A DNA stretch of 64,000 bases from Otoolea sp. (GTDB lineage Bacteria > Bacillota > Clostridia > Lachnospirales > Lachnospiraceae). A program made the position numbers and the translations under genes. How positions within the stretch are numbered: the stretch's first letter is position 1; each line of letters starts with the position of its first letter. Shown here piece by piece: positions 26,363-35,737 of the stretch. The stretch is taken from assembly GCA_050875065.1 (NCBI GenBank), contig JBNMLY010000002.1, positions 2,529-66,528 of the forward strand, in the 5' to 3' direction. The notes under the pieces are model-generated. The model saw nothing but the letters and a program-made list of their open reading frames with translations, had not been told where the DNA came from and did not search any database.

Positions 26363-27972
26363 CTTCCGTCCTCCATCACTCCATGGAAAACTTCCAGAAA
26401 GCTTTTTCCTGTCTCCCGGCAGATCGCGCGCACACTCTCATACTCCGGATAACACGTATCCACGCCGCCGCGCTTGCAGATTTTTACCTTTGCTGCCCCG
26501 TAACGGGTCTGGATTTCTTTTACTTCCCGCGGCAGAATCGTCCGCTCTACCGGGTAACGGCGCACGCCGATCGTGGTCGTGCAGGAGAAGATGAGCTGCT
26601 CTAATTCTTCGCGTTTTTCTGCCGTCGTCAGCACATGAAGCACATACGCCGGACGGTTTTTCTTCATATAGGCTGGTGTGTACCATACATCTCTGGCCCC
26701 CGCTTCCAGCAGCACCTCCATCGCATATCCCAGCGCCTCGCCGGTGCAGTCATCTAAGTTTGCCTCCATGACCCACATGGCGCTCTCATCGTGACCATTT
26801 TTTCCGGTTTCTACATTGACGTTCTCTTTTGCCTGCGCTTTCACACTGCTTTCACTGCATTCCTTATCTTCCGGCGCTTCTGCTTCTTTTTTCTGCATAT
26901 TGTTCAAGCCATTTGCCACTTCCACCGTTTTATCGGTCAGAAGCATTGCCCGCAGGATATTCGCGTGCGCGAAATCCTTATTTCCGGCGCCGATACCGAT
27001 CTTTTCGATCTGGTACTTCTTCGGAAGCGCCGCTTCTGTCCGGAAGGCCGCCGCAATCGCCGCGCCGGTCGGCGTCACCATCTCGCCTTCTACGTCCCGA
27101 AGCGTCAGCTCCAGACCCTGTGCCGCTGCGATGTTGGCTGTCGCCGGAACCGGAACCGGCATTAAACCGTGCTGGCAGCGCGCAAATCCATGGCCTTCCG
27201 AAAGCGGCGATACCACCACGCGGTGAATCCCCAGATCTTCCAGACAGAATGCCGCACTGATGACATCCACGATCGAATCGATCGCACCAACTTCATGGAA
27301 ATGAACCTCGCTGACCGGGATTCCATGTGCCTTCGACTCTGCCTCCGCCACAATCTCAAACATCCGGCGCGCCAGGTTTTTGACACGGTCAGATGCATCC
27401 AGGCGATCGATGATTTCAAAAATGTCATGGATGTTGCGGTGGACATGTGGATGCATATGATCGTGGGTATGGCCGTGATCATGGCTGTGGTCATGATCAT
27501 GGCTGTGGTCATGATCATGGCTGTGGTCGTGGTCATGATCGTGATGATGCTCATGGTCATGGTCGTGGCTATGAGCATGGGTGTGGTCATGGTCGTGGCT
27601 ATGAGCATGGGTGTGGTCATGGTCGTGATCGTGGTCATAGGCATACTCATCGTCGCTGTTCTCATGGAAATACAGTTCCTCGCTGTGACTATGTTCACAC
27701 ATTTCCTCATGGCCGTGCCCATCATGGCTATGTTCATGCTCATGACCGTGATCGTGATGATGCTCTTCTTCCTCTAAATGCACATCGAAATCATACGCAT
27801 CGATCCCACATTTCTTCGTCCGCCCAAAATGCAGATGATACCCGGACACGCCCAGGCTGTCCAGCGCCTGTACCAATTTTTCCCGGCTTGCTCCAAGGTC
27901 CAACAATGCGCCAACCGTCATATCTCCACTAATTCCGGACGCACAATCCAGATATAAGATTTTCTCATCCAT
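26347..27972 (-). CDS. larC: Nickel pincer cofactor biosynthesis protein LarC (single ORF)
   Basis: YLDC.SGISGDM, His-rich insert, VHFHEVGAIDSI, PVP.PAT, TPTGAA, MKKNRP, TTIGVR, PEYE. Confidence 0.95.
   Translation of the reverse strand: MDEKILYLDCASGISGDMTVGALLDLGASREKLVQALDSLGVSGYHLHFGRTKKCGIDAYDFDVHLEEEEHHHDHGHEHEHSHDGHGHEEMCEHSHSEELYFHENSDDEYAYDHDHDHDHTHAHSHDHDHTHAHSHDHDHEHHHDHDHDHSHDHDHSHDHDHSHDHGHTHDHMHPHVHRNIHDIFEIIDRLDASDRVKNLARRMFEIVAEAESKAHGIPVSEVHFHEVGAIDSIVDVISAAFCLEDLGIHRVVVSPLSEGHGFARCQHGLMPVPVPATANIAAAQGLELTLRDVEGEMVTPTGAAIAAAFRTEAALPKKYQIEKIGIGAGNKDFAHANILRAMLLTDKTVEVANGLNNMQKKEAEAPEDKECSESSVKAQAKENVNVETGKNGHDESAMWVMEANLDDCTGEALGYAMEVLLEAGARDVWYTPAYMKKNRPAYVLHVLTTAEKREELEQLIFSCTTTIGVRRYPVERTILPREVKEIQTRYGAAKVKICKRGGVDTCYPEYESVRAICRETGKSFLEVFHGVMEDGSASLR
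27455..27762 (-). repeat. His/Asp-rich tandem repeats in larC (18-bp and 30-bp units)
   Basis: HDHDHS x3 and HDHDHTHAHS x2 encoded by near-perfect tandem DNA repeats. Confidence 0.9.
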
Positions 27973-28059
27973 TTTTCTTCTCCTTCTACTTTTCTCATTT
28001 TATTGATGCATTTCCGTTTTTTCGCTTTCATGCAATTATTTTCCTGTTTGTTTTTGCAA

Positions 28060-28833
28060 TCACTCTGCCGTCTTCTTCGGCTCCCGCACTGCCAGGCGGT
28101 TGATCTGCGCCGCCAGATACGCCGCGCCGTAACCGTTATCGATATTTACCACTGAAATTCCATTCGCACAGGAATTAATCATCGTGATCAATGCCGACAA
28201 TCCATGAAAACTCGCGCCATAGCCGACCGAAGTTGGAACTGCAATGACCGGATTTTCGACCAGTCCGGCGACCACGGTACCAAGCGCGCCTTCCATTCCG
28301 GCAGCCGCGATCACACAGTTCGCCCGCGCGATCGCCTCGCGCTTGGATAAAAGGCGGTGGATGCCCGCCACACCTACATCATAGTAGCGTTCCACACGAC
28401 AGCCGAAAAATTCTGCCGTTTTGGCAGCTTCCTCTGCCACCGGAATATCTGCGGTTCCGCCCGTACAGACCGCTACCAGTCCTTCCAGCTTTCTCGGCGC
28501 TTCCGATGGTTTTCTCGCCTGCAAAATCCTTGAAACTGGATCATACTCTATCTCTGGGATGCGCGCCCGCACTAAATTCCACTGTTCCGGCGTGGCCCGC
28601 GTTCCGAGCACTTCCCCATTTTCCCGATACAGCGTCTCGAAAATATCCGCCAGATAGGCATCCGGCTTTCCCTGACAAAACACCGTCTCCGGAAATCCCG
28701 AACGCAGTTTCCGGTGCAGATCCAGCTTCGCATACCCTAAATCTTCGTAAGGAAGATTTTTGAGCGCGTTCTCCACCTCCTCAATACTCGTATGCCCCTG
28801 TTTTACCTCTTCTAACAGCTTCCGAACGTCCAT
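28060..28833 (-). CDS. larB: Nickel pincer cofactor biosynthesis protein LarB
   Basis: AKLD.HR..R.GFPE, GT.DIPVAEEA, DVGVAG.HR, AGMEGAL, PTSVGYG, NSCA.G..VVNIDNG. Confidence 0.95.
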   Translation of the reverse strand: MDVRKLLEEVKQGHTSIEEVENALKNLPYEDLGYAKLDLHRKLRSGFPETVFCQGKPDAYLADIFETLYRENGEVLGTRATPEQWNLVRARIPEIEYDPVSRILQARKPSEAPRKLEGLVAVCTGGTADIPVAEEAAKTAEFFGCRVERYYDVGVAGIHRLLSKREAIARANCVIAAAGMEGALGTVVAGLVENPVIAVPTSVGYGASFHGLSALITMINSCANGISVVNIDNGYGAAYLAAQINRLAVREPKKTAE

Positions 28834-28968
28834 TTCTCGTCCTCCTTACCAAATCCCGATTGTTCCATTTATCTCACGCCCATCATCTTGCCCTTCAAGT
28901 AAGAATCCCCCCGCGTTTGCAGCTCGATCAATCCCAATTTTCTCCTTTTCTCTGAATACAAAAAACAT

Positions 28969-29598
28969 CTAAACTGACGCCATCTTTTCCTGTAACACCT
29001 TCAAATCAATCTGCCGCGTGCAGATCCGCTTCAAAAGAGATTCCGAATGGCTCACTATCACCATTCCCAGCTCCCGCTCCGCTGCCTCCTGCAAAAGTGC
29101 CTGCCAGATCTGGCTCTGGGTCAGGGCGTCAAACATCGCGGTGATCTCATCTGCCAGCAAATAGCGCGGATTCGCCGCCAGCGCCCTGGCAATGCAGAAC
29201 CGCTGCAGTTCGCCGCCGGACAGCTCCGACGGAAAGCGGTCCAGCCATTCTTCCCGGATGCCAAGCCGCCTCCGGCTCTCCTCCTCCACCGGACCGCCCT
29301 CGTTTAAAACCTGCCGCATCCGCCAGCGCGGGTTGACCGCCTGCTCCGGGTGCTGCCAGATCAACTGCACCGGCATACGTCCCCGGATGTTCCCGATTGG
29401 CACGCCGTCTATCTGAATGGTTCCCGCCTCCGGCTTCTCATATCCCGCCAGCAGACGGCACAGCGTCGTTTTTCCATATCCGCTCGGCGCCACCAGGCCG
29501 ACGCGCTCCCCCGGTTCAATTTTCAGGGAAACCCGCGTCAACACGTGACGGCCGCCATTTTCATATGAAAAAGATATGTTTTCTGCCTCCAATGCCAT
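28969..29598 (-). CDS. Peptide/nickel ABC transporter ATP-binding subunit
   Basis: APSGYGKT, LSGGELQR, ADE; start at 29598 after GGAGG. Confidence 0.9.
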   Translation of the reverse strand: MALEAENISFSYENGGRHVLTRVSLKIEPGERVGLVAPSGYGKTTLCRLLAGYEKPEAGTIQIDGVPIGNIRGRMPVQLIWQHPEQAVNPRWRMRQVLNEGGPVEEESRRRLGIREEWLDRFPSELSGGELQRFCIARALAANPRYLLADEITAMFDALTQSQIWQALLQEAAERELGMVIVSHSESLLKRICTRQIDLKVLQEKMASV

Positions 29599-29599
29599 C

Positions 29600-30517
29600 T
29601 CATGTTCCTCCAAAAAATTCATGCTCCGGCAGCGCCCGGTAAAGTGCCTGTGTGTATGGCTCTTTCAAATTCCGTCCCACCCGGAAATCCTCCGGCTTCA
29701 CTTCCTCCAGAATCGTCCCGTCATAAAATACCAGAATCCGATCCGCCATCTCAAGTGCCAATTCCAGATCGTGGGTAATCAGAAGCACCGCCGCCCCGTC
29801 CTGCGCCATCTCTTTTAAATGGTGGATCACATGGCGTGCCGTCATCGTCTCCAGTCCCGGCGTCGGTTCATCCGCCACAATCAGCTTCGGATCCTGCATC
29901 AGCGCCGCCGCCATCAGAACGCGCCGCGCCATGCCGCCCGACAGCTCAAATGGATAACATTGTTCCACCGATTCGTCCAGACCGTACCGCTTCAAAAGCT
30001 GTCGACATTTTGCCCGCGTTTCAGCGTCTTTTCTGCCGCCGCAGATCTGATCTCCGACCCGCATCAGCGGATCAAGATAGGAAACGCCCTGCGGAATCAG
30101 GGAAATCCCATTGCCGCGCAGTCCGGCAAGCCGCGCCTCATCTAACATTTCTCCCTGATAGGAAATCTGTCCCTCCATCCGGCAGTTGTACGGCAGAATC
30201 CCCAAAATGGCGTGCGCCAACAGGCTTTTTCCCGAACCGCTTGCCCCGACCACCGCCGTCAGCTCCCCAGCGAACAGATCGCAGGAGAGATCTCGGAGCG
30301 GATGGAGCTCGCGCCGTCTGAGCCCGCGCGCGTACTGAGTAAAATATAAGTTTAGATTTTGAATTTTCAATATCGGCTCTTCCATGGAATCACGATTTTC
30401 ACGCAATCTCTGTTCTTTGAGAATGTCTGTCTGTTCCAAATTTGATAGCCGCATCGTTTTTGATTGTTTTTGTCTTAATCGCATCAACTTATCAAAATAT
30501 ATATTTTTCTGAGTCAT
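29600..30517 (-). CDS. Peptide/nickel ABC transporter ATP-binding subunit (real start may be near 30385)
   Basis: GASGSGKS, YPFELSGGMARR, ADEPT, ITHDL. Confidence 0.88.
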   Translation of the reverse strand: MTQKNIYFDKLMRLRQKQSKTMRLSNLEQTDILKEQRLRENRDSMEEPILKIQNLNLYFTQYARGLRRRELHPLRDLSCDLFAGELTAVVGASGSGKSLLAHAILGILPYNCRMEGQISYQGEMLDEARLAGLRGNGISLIPQGVSYLDPLMRVGDQICGGRKDAETRAKCRQLLKRYGLDESVEQCYPFELSGGMARRVLMAAALMQDPKLIVADEPTPGLETMTARHVIHHLKEMAQDGAAVLLITHDLELALEMADRILVFYDGTILEEVKPEDFRVGRNLKEPYTQALYRALPEHEFFGGT

Positions 30518-30677
30518 TTTGTGTTTTCATTCATTTAATTTTATTTACAACCGTTCAATTCTCTCTTAGTTATGAACAAACATCCTTGCAAATTTATCTT
30601 CGCCGAAGGATTTTACCCTGCAGGTCAGGATTTTCGTATACTTCTCCCATCTACTTCTGCTTCATTCCTGGCATCCT

Positions 30678-31487
30678 CTACTCATGTGCACTCCCCGGAT
30701 CCATCAGCCGCCCCAGGCTCTGTCCGATCACCTGAAATCCGAGTGTCACCAACACCAGCGCTGCGCCCGGAAAGAGCGCCAGCCACCATTTTCCGGTAAT
30801 CAGGTAGGACATACTCTCCGATAAAATGACGCCGATCGCCGGCCGTTCTGAGGAAAGGCCGAATCCCAGAAACGTCACGCTCGCCTCATGCAGAATCGCA
30901 TGGGGAAAGAGAAGAATAAGTCCGGTCGCAAATTGTCTCGATACCTGTGGGACGATGTGATGCCAGGCGATCCACCAGGGCTTTTTCCCCAATTTTTCGG
31001 AGATCCGCACATACGGACTCTCCCGGATCTGTAAGATTTCCGCCCGAAGAAGCCGCGCCAGCGACGCCCAGTGCGTCAGGGCGATCCCGACCGCCACGCC
31101 CCGGAATTCTTTTCCCAGTCCATAGGAAATCAGAATCAAGAGAAGCATATGCGGAATCCCCATCACAAGGTTGATCAGCCCGCAGACCAGCGAATCCATC
31201 CATCCGCCGCCAAGCGACGCCAGAAGCGCAAGCGTCAGCGCCACCACCGCGCTGATCGCCGCCGTCAGAAGTCCCAGACGGATGCTTAAGGAAAGTCCCG
31301 AAACAGTCCGGACGAGCATATCCCGCCCCATCCAGTCGGTCCCAAACAATCCTCCGATTCCCGGAGGCAGATTTTTTCTGGCAAAATCAACCTGCTGTGC
31401 GGCATCCTCCCAGACGATTCCAGACACCGTTACCAGAATCAGGAACAGAAGGGAAATTCCCAGCAGCCAGAGTGTTTTCTTTCTCAT
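30678..31487 (-). CDS. Peptide/nickel ABC transporter permease (OppC/NikC-like)
   Basis: FGTDWMGRD, ARL.RAE, EAS..FLG.G. Confidence 0.92.
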   Translation of the reverse strand: MRKKTLWLLGISLLFLILVTVSGIVWEDAAQQVDFARKNLPPGIGGLFGTDWMGRDMLVRTVSGLSLSIRLGLLTAAISAVVALTLALLASLGGGWMDSLVCGLINLVMGIPHMLLLILISYGLGKEFRGVAVGIALTHWASLARLLRAEILQIRESPYVRISEKLGKKPWWIAWHHIVPQVSRQFATGLILLFPHAILHEASVTFLGFGLSSERPAIGVILSESMSYLITGKWWLALFPGAALVLVTLGFQVIGQSLGRLMDPGSAHE

Positions 31488-32470
31488 GCCCTGCCTCCTT
31501 TCCTGAGTCTCGGATCGACCAGCCGGTACAGGATATCGGCCGCCGCATTGCCCGCAAAGACGAGCACCGCGCTGATGAGTGTAATTCCCATCAGAAGCGG
31601 AATATCACTTCCAAGTCCCGCCGTGACCGCCGCCTGTCCAAGACCCGGATAGGAAAAAACCTGTTCCACCAGCACCGATCCACCGAAAATCTCACTGATC
31701 GAGCCAAATTGCAGAGTAATCACCGGGAGAAGCAGGTTGCGGAGTCCATGCCGGACAATCAGCCGCCATCCGCTTTCCCCGCGCGCCCGCGCATAGAGCA
31801 CGTAATCACTTTCCAGAATCTCAATCAGCTTTTCGCGCGTGTGCATCGCAATCGAAGAAATCCCCGTCAGTCCCAGCGTACAGGCCGGCAGAAAGGCATG
31901 ATACAGACGATCCGGCAGACTGACCGCATCCGCCGCCATCCCCACCGGAACACTGAATCCAATCGGAAACAGCGGAATCTGCACGGCAAAGACCAGAAGC
32001 AGCACCAGCGCCAGCCAAAACGACGGCGTTCCCGCTATTACCAGGCAGTATCCCGTAATCAGGCGGTCGGCCAGATGACCGCGCCGCGCTGCTGCCACGA
32101 TCCCCAGAAAGGTTCCCACGATTCCCGAAAACAGCCACGCCGCCAGAAGCAGCCACACCGACGCCGACGCCTTTTCGGCAATCACCTCCAGCACCGGTCT
32201 GCGGTACAGGAGGGAAATGCCGAAATCGCCGTGACAGACGCCCAAAAGCCAGCTAAAAAAACGTTTCCAGACCGGCACGCCGACGCCCCAGTACGCCCGC
32301 AGCTTCTCAATCTGCTCCGGCGACATTGAACCGAGCGCCGTCTGCCCGACATTCGTCTGCAGCGGATCCACCGGCGACATCGACACCAGCAGAAAGGAAG
32401 CCAGGCTGACCGCCAAAAGCAGCAGAACCAGGTGCAGAACACCGCGCCAAAGCCATTTCATCCTACTCAT
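31484..32470 (-). CDS. Peptide/nickel ABC transporter permease (OppB/NikB-like)
   Basis: GDFG.S, YV.YARARG, GGSVLVE.VFSYPGLG; ATG at 32470 overlaps the SBP stop. Confidence 0.92.
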   Translation of the reverse strand: MSRMKWLWRGVLHLVLLLLAVSLASFLLVSMSPVDPLQTNVGQTALGSMSPEQIEKLRAYWGVGVPVWKRFFSWLLGVCHGDFGISLLYRRPVLEVIAEKASASVWLLLAAWLFSGIVGTFLGIVAAARRGHLADRLITGYCLVIAGTPSFWLALVLLLVFAVQIPLFPIGFSVPVGMAADAVSLPDRLYHAFLPACTLGLTGISSIAMHTREKLIEILESDYVLYARARGESGWRLIVRHGLRNLLLPVITLQFGSISEIFGGSVLVEQVFSYPGLGQAAVTAGLGSDIPLLMGITLISAVLVFAGNAAADILYRLVDPRLRKGGRA

Positions 32471-34163
32471 AGTACCACCGATCGACATTGTTGACGATGG
32501 ACCATCCGTGACCGTGCGGGTGCACCTTCTGCTCCGCGACATGAAGCCCGTCTCTCACCCAGTACAGATGATCAACATTGACCAGCCAGATCCACGGGAG
32601 ATCGCCCTCGGCGGATACCCCCGTCTCGCCGTCCCACTGCGCCTTTTTCCACAATTCATAGGAACTTTCCAGATCCGAAGCCGCCAGCGCCTCATCCATA
32701 TAGGCGTCCACGGTTTCATTCGCATATGGCGAGTACTCTGCCAGTCCCGTATCGGCTTTTGTATGGTAAATATTATAAAATTCCATCGGTGTGTGCGCGC
32801 CCCAGCCCCAGAGAAGCGGCTGCGACTGTGCCTCGTCATACGCCGTATCCCAGCCCGTGCCGCGGATCGAGGCATCGATGCCGATCTCCTTTAACTGCTG
32901 CGCCGTATCGGCCGCCAGCGCCTGACGCACCGAATCCCCGGTCGGATAGAGAAACTCCAGCGTGGCTTTCACTCCATCCTTTTCGCGGATGCCGTCTGCA
33001 TTTTTCTTCCATCCGGCCGCATCCAGCATCTCCTCCGCCTTCTCCGGATCATAGGAAATGTGTTCCATTTCATCGTTGTACCATGGCATCTTGTCACAGA
33101 CACTGTATGCCGGGCTGCCGTAACCATTTAACACATGATCGATCATTTCCTTCCGGTCAATCGCCAGGTTGATGGCGCGGCGCACCTGCACATCTGCTGT
33201 AAAATCATTGCCAATTTTTACACCATCTTCCCGCACCGTCTCCGGTATAGCCGGAAGATTAAATCCACGGTTGTCCACCGTCTCACAGTCCAGCAGTCCG
33301 TATCCCGGAACCGTCTGATCTGCATAGGACGCCGCCGTGTACGCCACATCCACCTGTCCGGCGCGCACCGCCGCAAACGCCGCATCCTCCTCCATAAAGA
33401 GGATTGTGACCTGCTGCATCTTCGGTGCCTCCCCGTAATAATCCGGGTTCGCCTCCAGAATCACCTGCTGCCCTTTATCCCACTGTTTCAGGATATAGCG
33501 CCCGGAGCCGATCGGATGCGTGCCATAATCCGTTCCATATGCGTGTTCCGGCACAATTCCCGTCACCGCCATCGTGTACGACCAGATGGCAAACGGGCGC
33601 TCCATCTCGAACACAACCGTCACATCATCGATCGCCTCCGCCTGTTTTAACATCGAAAAATCGTTGACGGAACTCGTCTCCTTCAATGTATTGTAGGTAA
33701 ATGCAACATCCTCCGCCGTCAGCGCCTCGCCGTCCGTGAATTTCGCGTCATCGCGGATCGTCACCGTCCAGGTCATTCCGTTCTCGGATGTCTCCACATC
33801 CGTCGCCAGGTCATACCCGATGCTTAAATCCGCTTCCGTCACCGTCAAGGTGCTCTGGATCAGCGGTTCATGCATATGCTCGCCCGCGCCCCAGCCATAC
33901 GCCGGATCAAAGCCCGCCTCCGGCTCCGAGGCCGGCGGCATCGCGATAACGACGCTTGTTTGGGTATTTTCCGTTGCATTTGCGCCTTCCCCGTTTCCAG
34001 CATTTCCCATCCGTTCTGCGCCGGAACCGCCTTTCTGCGTCTGGTTTCCAGCGCTTCCGCATCCGGCAAGGGCAACTGCTGCCACTACGGCAATGGCGCC
34101 AAGTGCTCTTGCCTCTCCGAGCATTCGCCCGATAATTTTGCCTGTATTGTTCCAATTTTTCAT
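32463..34163 (-). CDS. Family 5 ABC substrate-binding lipoprotein, probably nickel/metallophore
   Basis: Lipobox LAGC, F.DG..LTAEDV.FT, PIGSG.Y, C-terminal HPHGHG; heads the operon ending in larBCE. Confidence 0.88.
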   Translation of the reverse strand: MKNWNNTGKIIGRMLGEARALGAIAVVAAVALAGCGSAGNQTQKGGSGAERMGNAGNGEGANATENTQTSVVIAMPPASEPEAGFDPAYGWGAGEHMHEPLIQSTLTVTEADLSIGYDLATDVETSENGMTWTVTIRDDAKFTDGEALTAEDVAFTYNTLKETSSVNDFSMLKQAEAIDDVTVVFEMERPFAIWSYTMAVTGIVPEHAYGTDYGTHPIGSGRYILKQWDKGQQVILEANPDYYGEAPKMQQVTILFMEEDAAFAAVRAGQVDVAYTAASYADQTVPGYGLLDCETVDNRGFNLPAIPETVREDGVKIGNDFTADVQVRRAINLAIDRKEMIDHVLNGYGSPAYSVCDKMPWYNDEMEHISYDPEKAEEMLDAAGWKKNADGIREKDGVKATLEFLYPTGDSVRQALAADTAQQLKEIGIDASIRGTGWDTAYDEAQSQPLLWGWGAHTPMEFYNIYHTKADTGLAEYSPYANETVDAYMDEALAASDLESSYELWKKAQWDGETGVSAEGDLPWIWLVNVDHLYWVRDGLHVAEQKVHPHGHGWSIVNNVDRWYYE

Positions 34164-34293
34164 TTTACTAATTTTACTCCTGTATTGTTCTGTTGAAATA
34201 AGGAATACGTCCTAGCAGCTTCTCGCACCGGGCACCATCTCCTGCGACATAATTCTTCTTCACGCGAATATGCAGTCCCCGTGAAATAATTAT

Positions 34294-34351
34294 AAAAGGA
34301 TACCAGAAAAGCACGGTCCCTACTGGACCGCTGTACCTTCCTGGTATCCTT
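34294..34351 (-). terminator. Long hairpin plus U-tract upstream of the SBP gene
   Basis: AAGGATACCAG...CTGGTATCCTTTT on the minus strand. Confidence 0.55.
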
Positions 34352-34651
34352 CTCCATGTTCTTATTTATTTTTCTTCTCTGCTTACTTCATACTGCCAGC
34401 TTTGTCCCCGGCAATTCGGTATCTGCCATTTTCACAAATGTAGGACATATGCCAAAGCTATGCGCTCCCGCATCGACTGATTTAAATATCCAAGCAGATG
34501 ATCAATTCCAAACAAATCTGGTAAATGCCCAATTCTTCTTCATTTTCCCCGCTTCTGCGGGGCATCCTCTGCTTGTGCAGAGCTGTTTTCTTTTTTCATT
34601 TAGACATTTATTTCGACCTTTAGAATCATTTTAGGGAGGCACTGTCTTATA

Positions 34652-35602
34652 TTACTCCGTCGGCGTCGTCTTTCTGACATTCGTCTCTAAGAAACGGTTA
34701 TATCCGAGCCATCCCGGATTCTCTCCGCCGCTCTTTAAGACTTCCAGCATCGTCTCCATCTTCGCATCGGTATTGTCCGCGAAATTCAGCGCGAGCGCCT
34801 CTAAAAGTGCCGGTTTCTTCGGGGAACCGTACTCTAATTCGCCATGGTGCGCGAGGATGCAGTGCTTTAACTCCGCTGCCGTCTTTTCCGGGAATCCCGG
34901 AATCTCCTTGATGCGGTCTGCGACCATCATCGTACCGATCACGATATGGCCTAAAAGCTGGCCGTCGTCGGTATAATCATTCTCCGGAAATGCGGATAAT
35001 TCCTGTACTTTTCCGATGTCGTGGAACAGCGCTGCGGTCAGAAGCAGATCTCGGTTCAGCGCCGGATATGCCTTCGTGTAGAAATCGCAGAGCTTCATCA
35101 CACTTAACGTATGCTCCAGCAGCCCGCCCACGAAACCGTGGTGCACACTCTTCGCCGCCGAATGGAAGCAGAATTTCTTCACAAATGCCTTATCCTCCAG
35201 GAAATAGCTGGACGCCAGCTTTTTCAGATACGGATTCTGGAGGGACTGCACCAGAGCTGTCAGCTCCTGATACATCACCTTGATGTCCTTTGAGCTGACC
35301 GGAAGATAATCACTCTCCTGATATTCGCCCTCGTCCGCCTTGCGGATGCGCTTGATATTTAACTGGTTGGAACCCTGAAATACCGTCACATCGCCGTCCA
35401 CATAGACGTACTGCAGCGGCTCAAAATCATTGATGCCCGGAGAGCTTAAATCCCAGATCTTGCAGTCCACCGTGCCTGTTTTATCCTGAAGCAGTACGGA
35501 CGCGTACTCTTTTCCGTTCTTCGTCACCGCGTGCTGCTTGGTCTTACATAAATATACGTCCGAAACCCTCATGCCTTCCCGGAACTGTTCAATATATCTC
35601 AT
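34652..35602 (-). CDS. yhaM: 3'-5' exoribonuclease YhaM family (OB fold plus HD domain)
   Basis: LQDKTG, AA..VHH...GGLLEHT, HDIGK, LLGHI, HHG..EYGSP. Confidence 0.92.
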   Translation of the reverse strand: MRYIEQFREGMRVSDVYLCKTKQHAVTKNGKEYASVLLQDKTGTVDCKIWDLSSPGINDFEPLQYVYVDGDVTVFQGSNQLNIKRIRKADEGEYQESDYLPVSSKDIKVMYQELTALVQSLQNPYLKKLASSYFLEDKAFVKKFCFHSAAKSVHHGFVGGLLEHTLSVMKLCDFYTKAYPALNRDLLLTAALFHDIGKVQELSAFPENDYTDDGQLLGHIVIGTMMVADRIKEIPGFPEKTAAELKHCILAHHGELEYGSPKKPALLEALALNFADNTDAKMETMLEVLKSGGENPGWLGYNRFLETNVRKTTPTE

Positions 35603-35737
35603 TTTACCTCTATCCTCCTGAAATTCCATGAAACTTCCAAAATTCCATGTCTGTCCTATTTCATTTATAAATACATTTCACCTGAGTTATGCCATTTACG
35701 CCCCGCACGAGCAGCAAACACTCTGACTTTCTCTCTT

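Noticed and set aside
27162-27932. Alternative-frame ORFs over the larC His tract
   Set aside because: They are artefacts of stop-free tandem repeats.
31397-32329. Long antisense ORFs over GC-rich genes (this one and many others in the track)
   Set aside because: They are shadows of codon bias on the opposite strand of well-supported genes.
34164-34651. NiCo, cobalamin or T-box riboswitch upstream of the ABC operon
   Set aside because: The conserved cores of these families were not found by eye.
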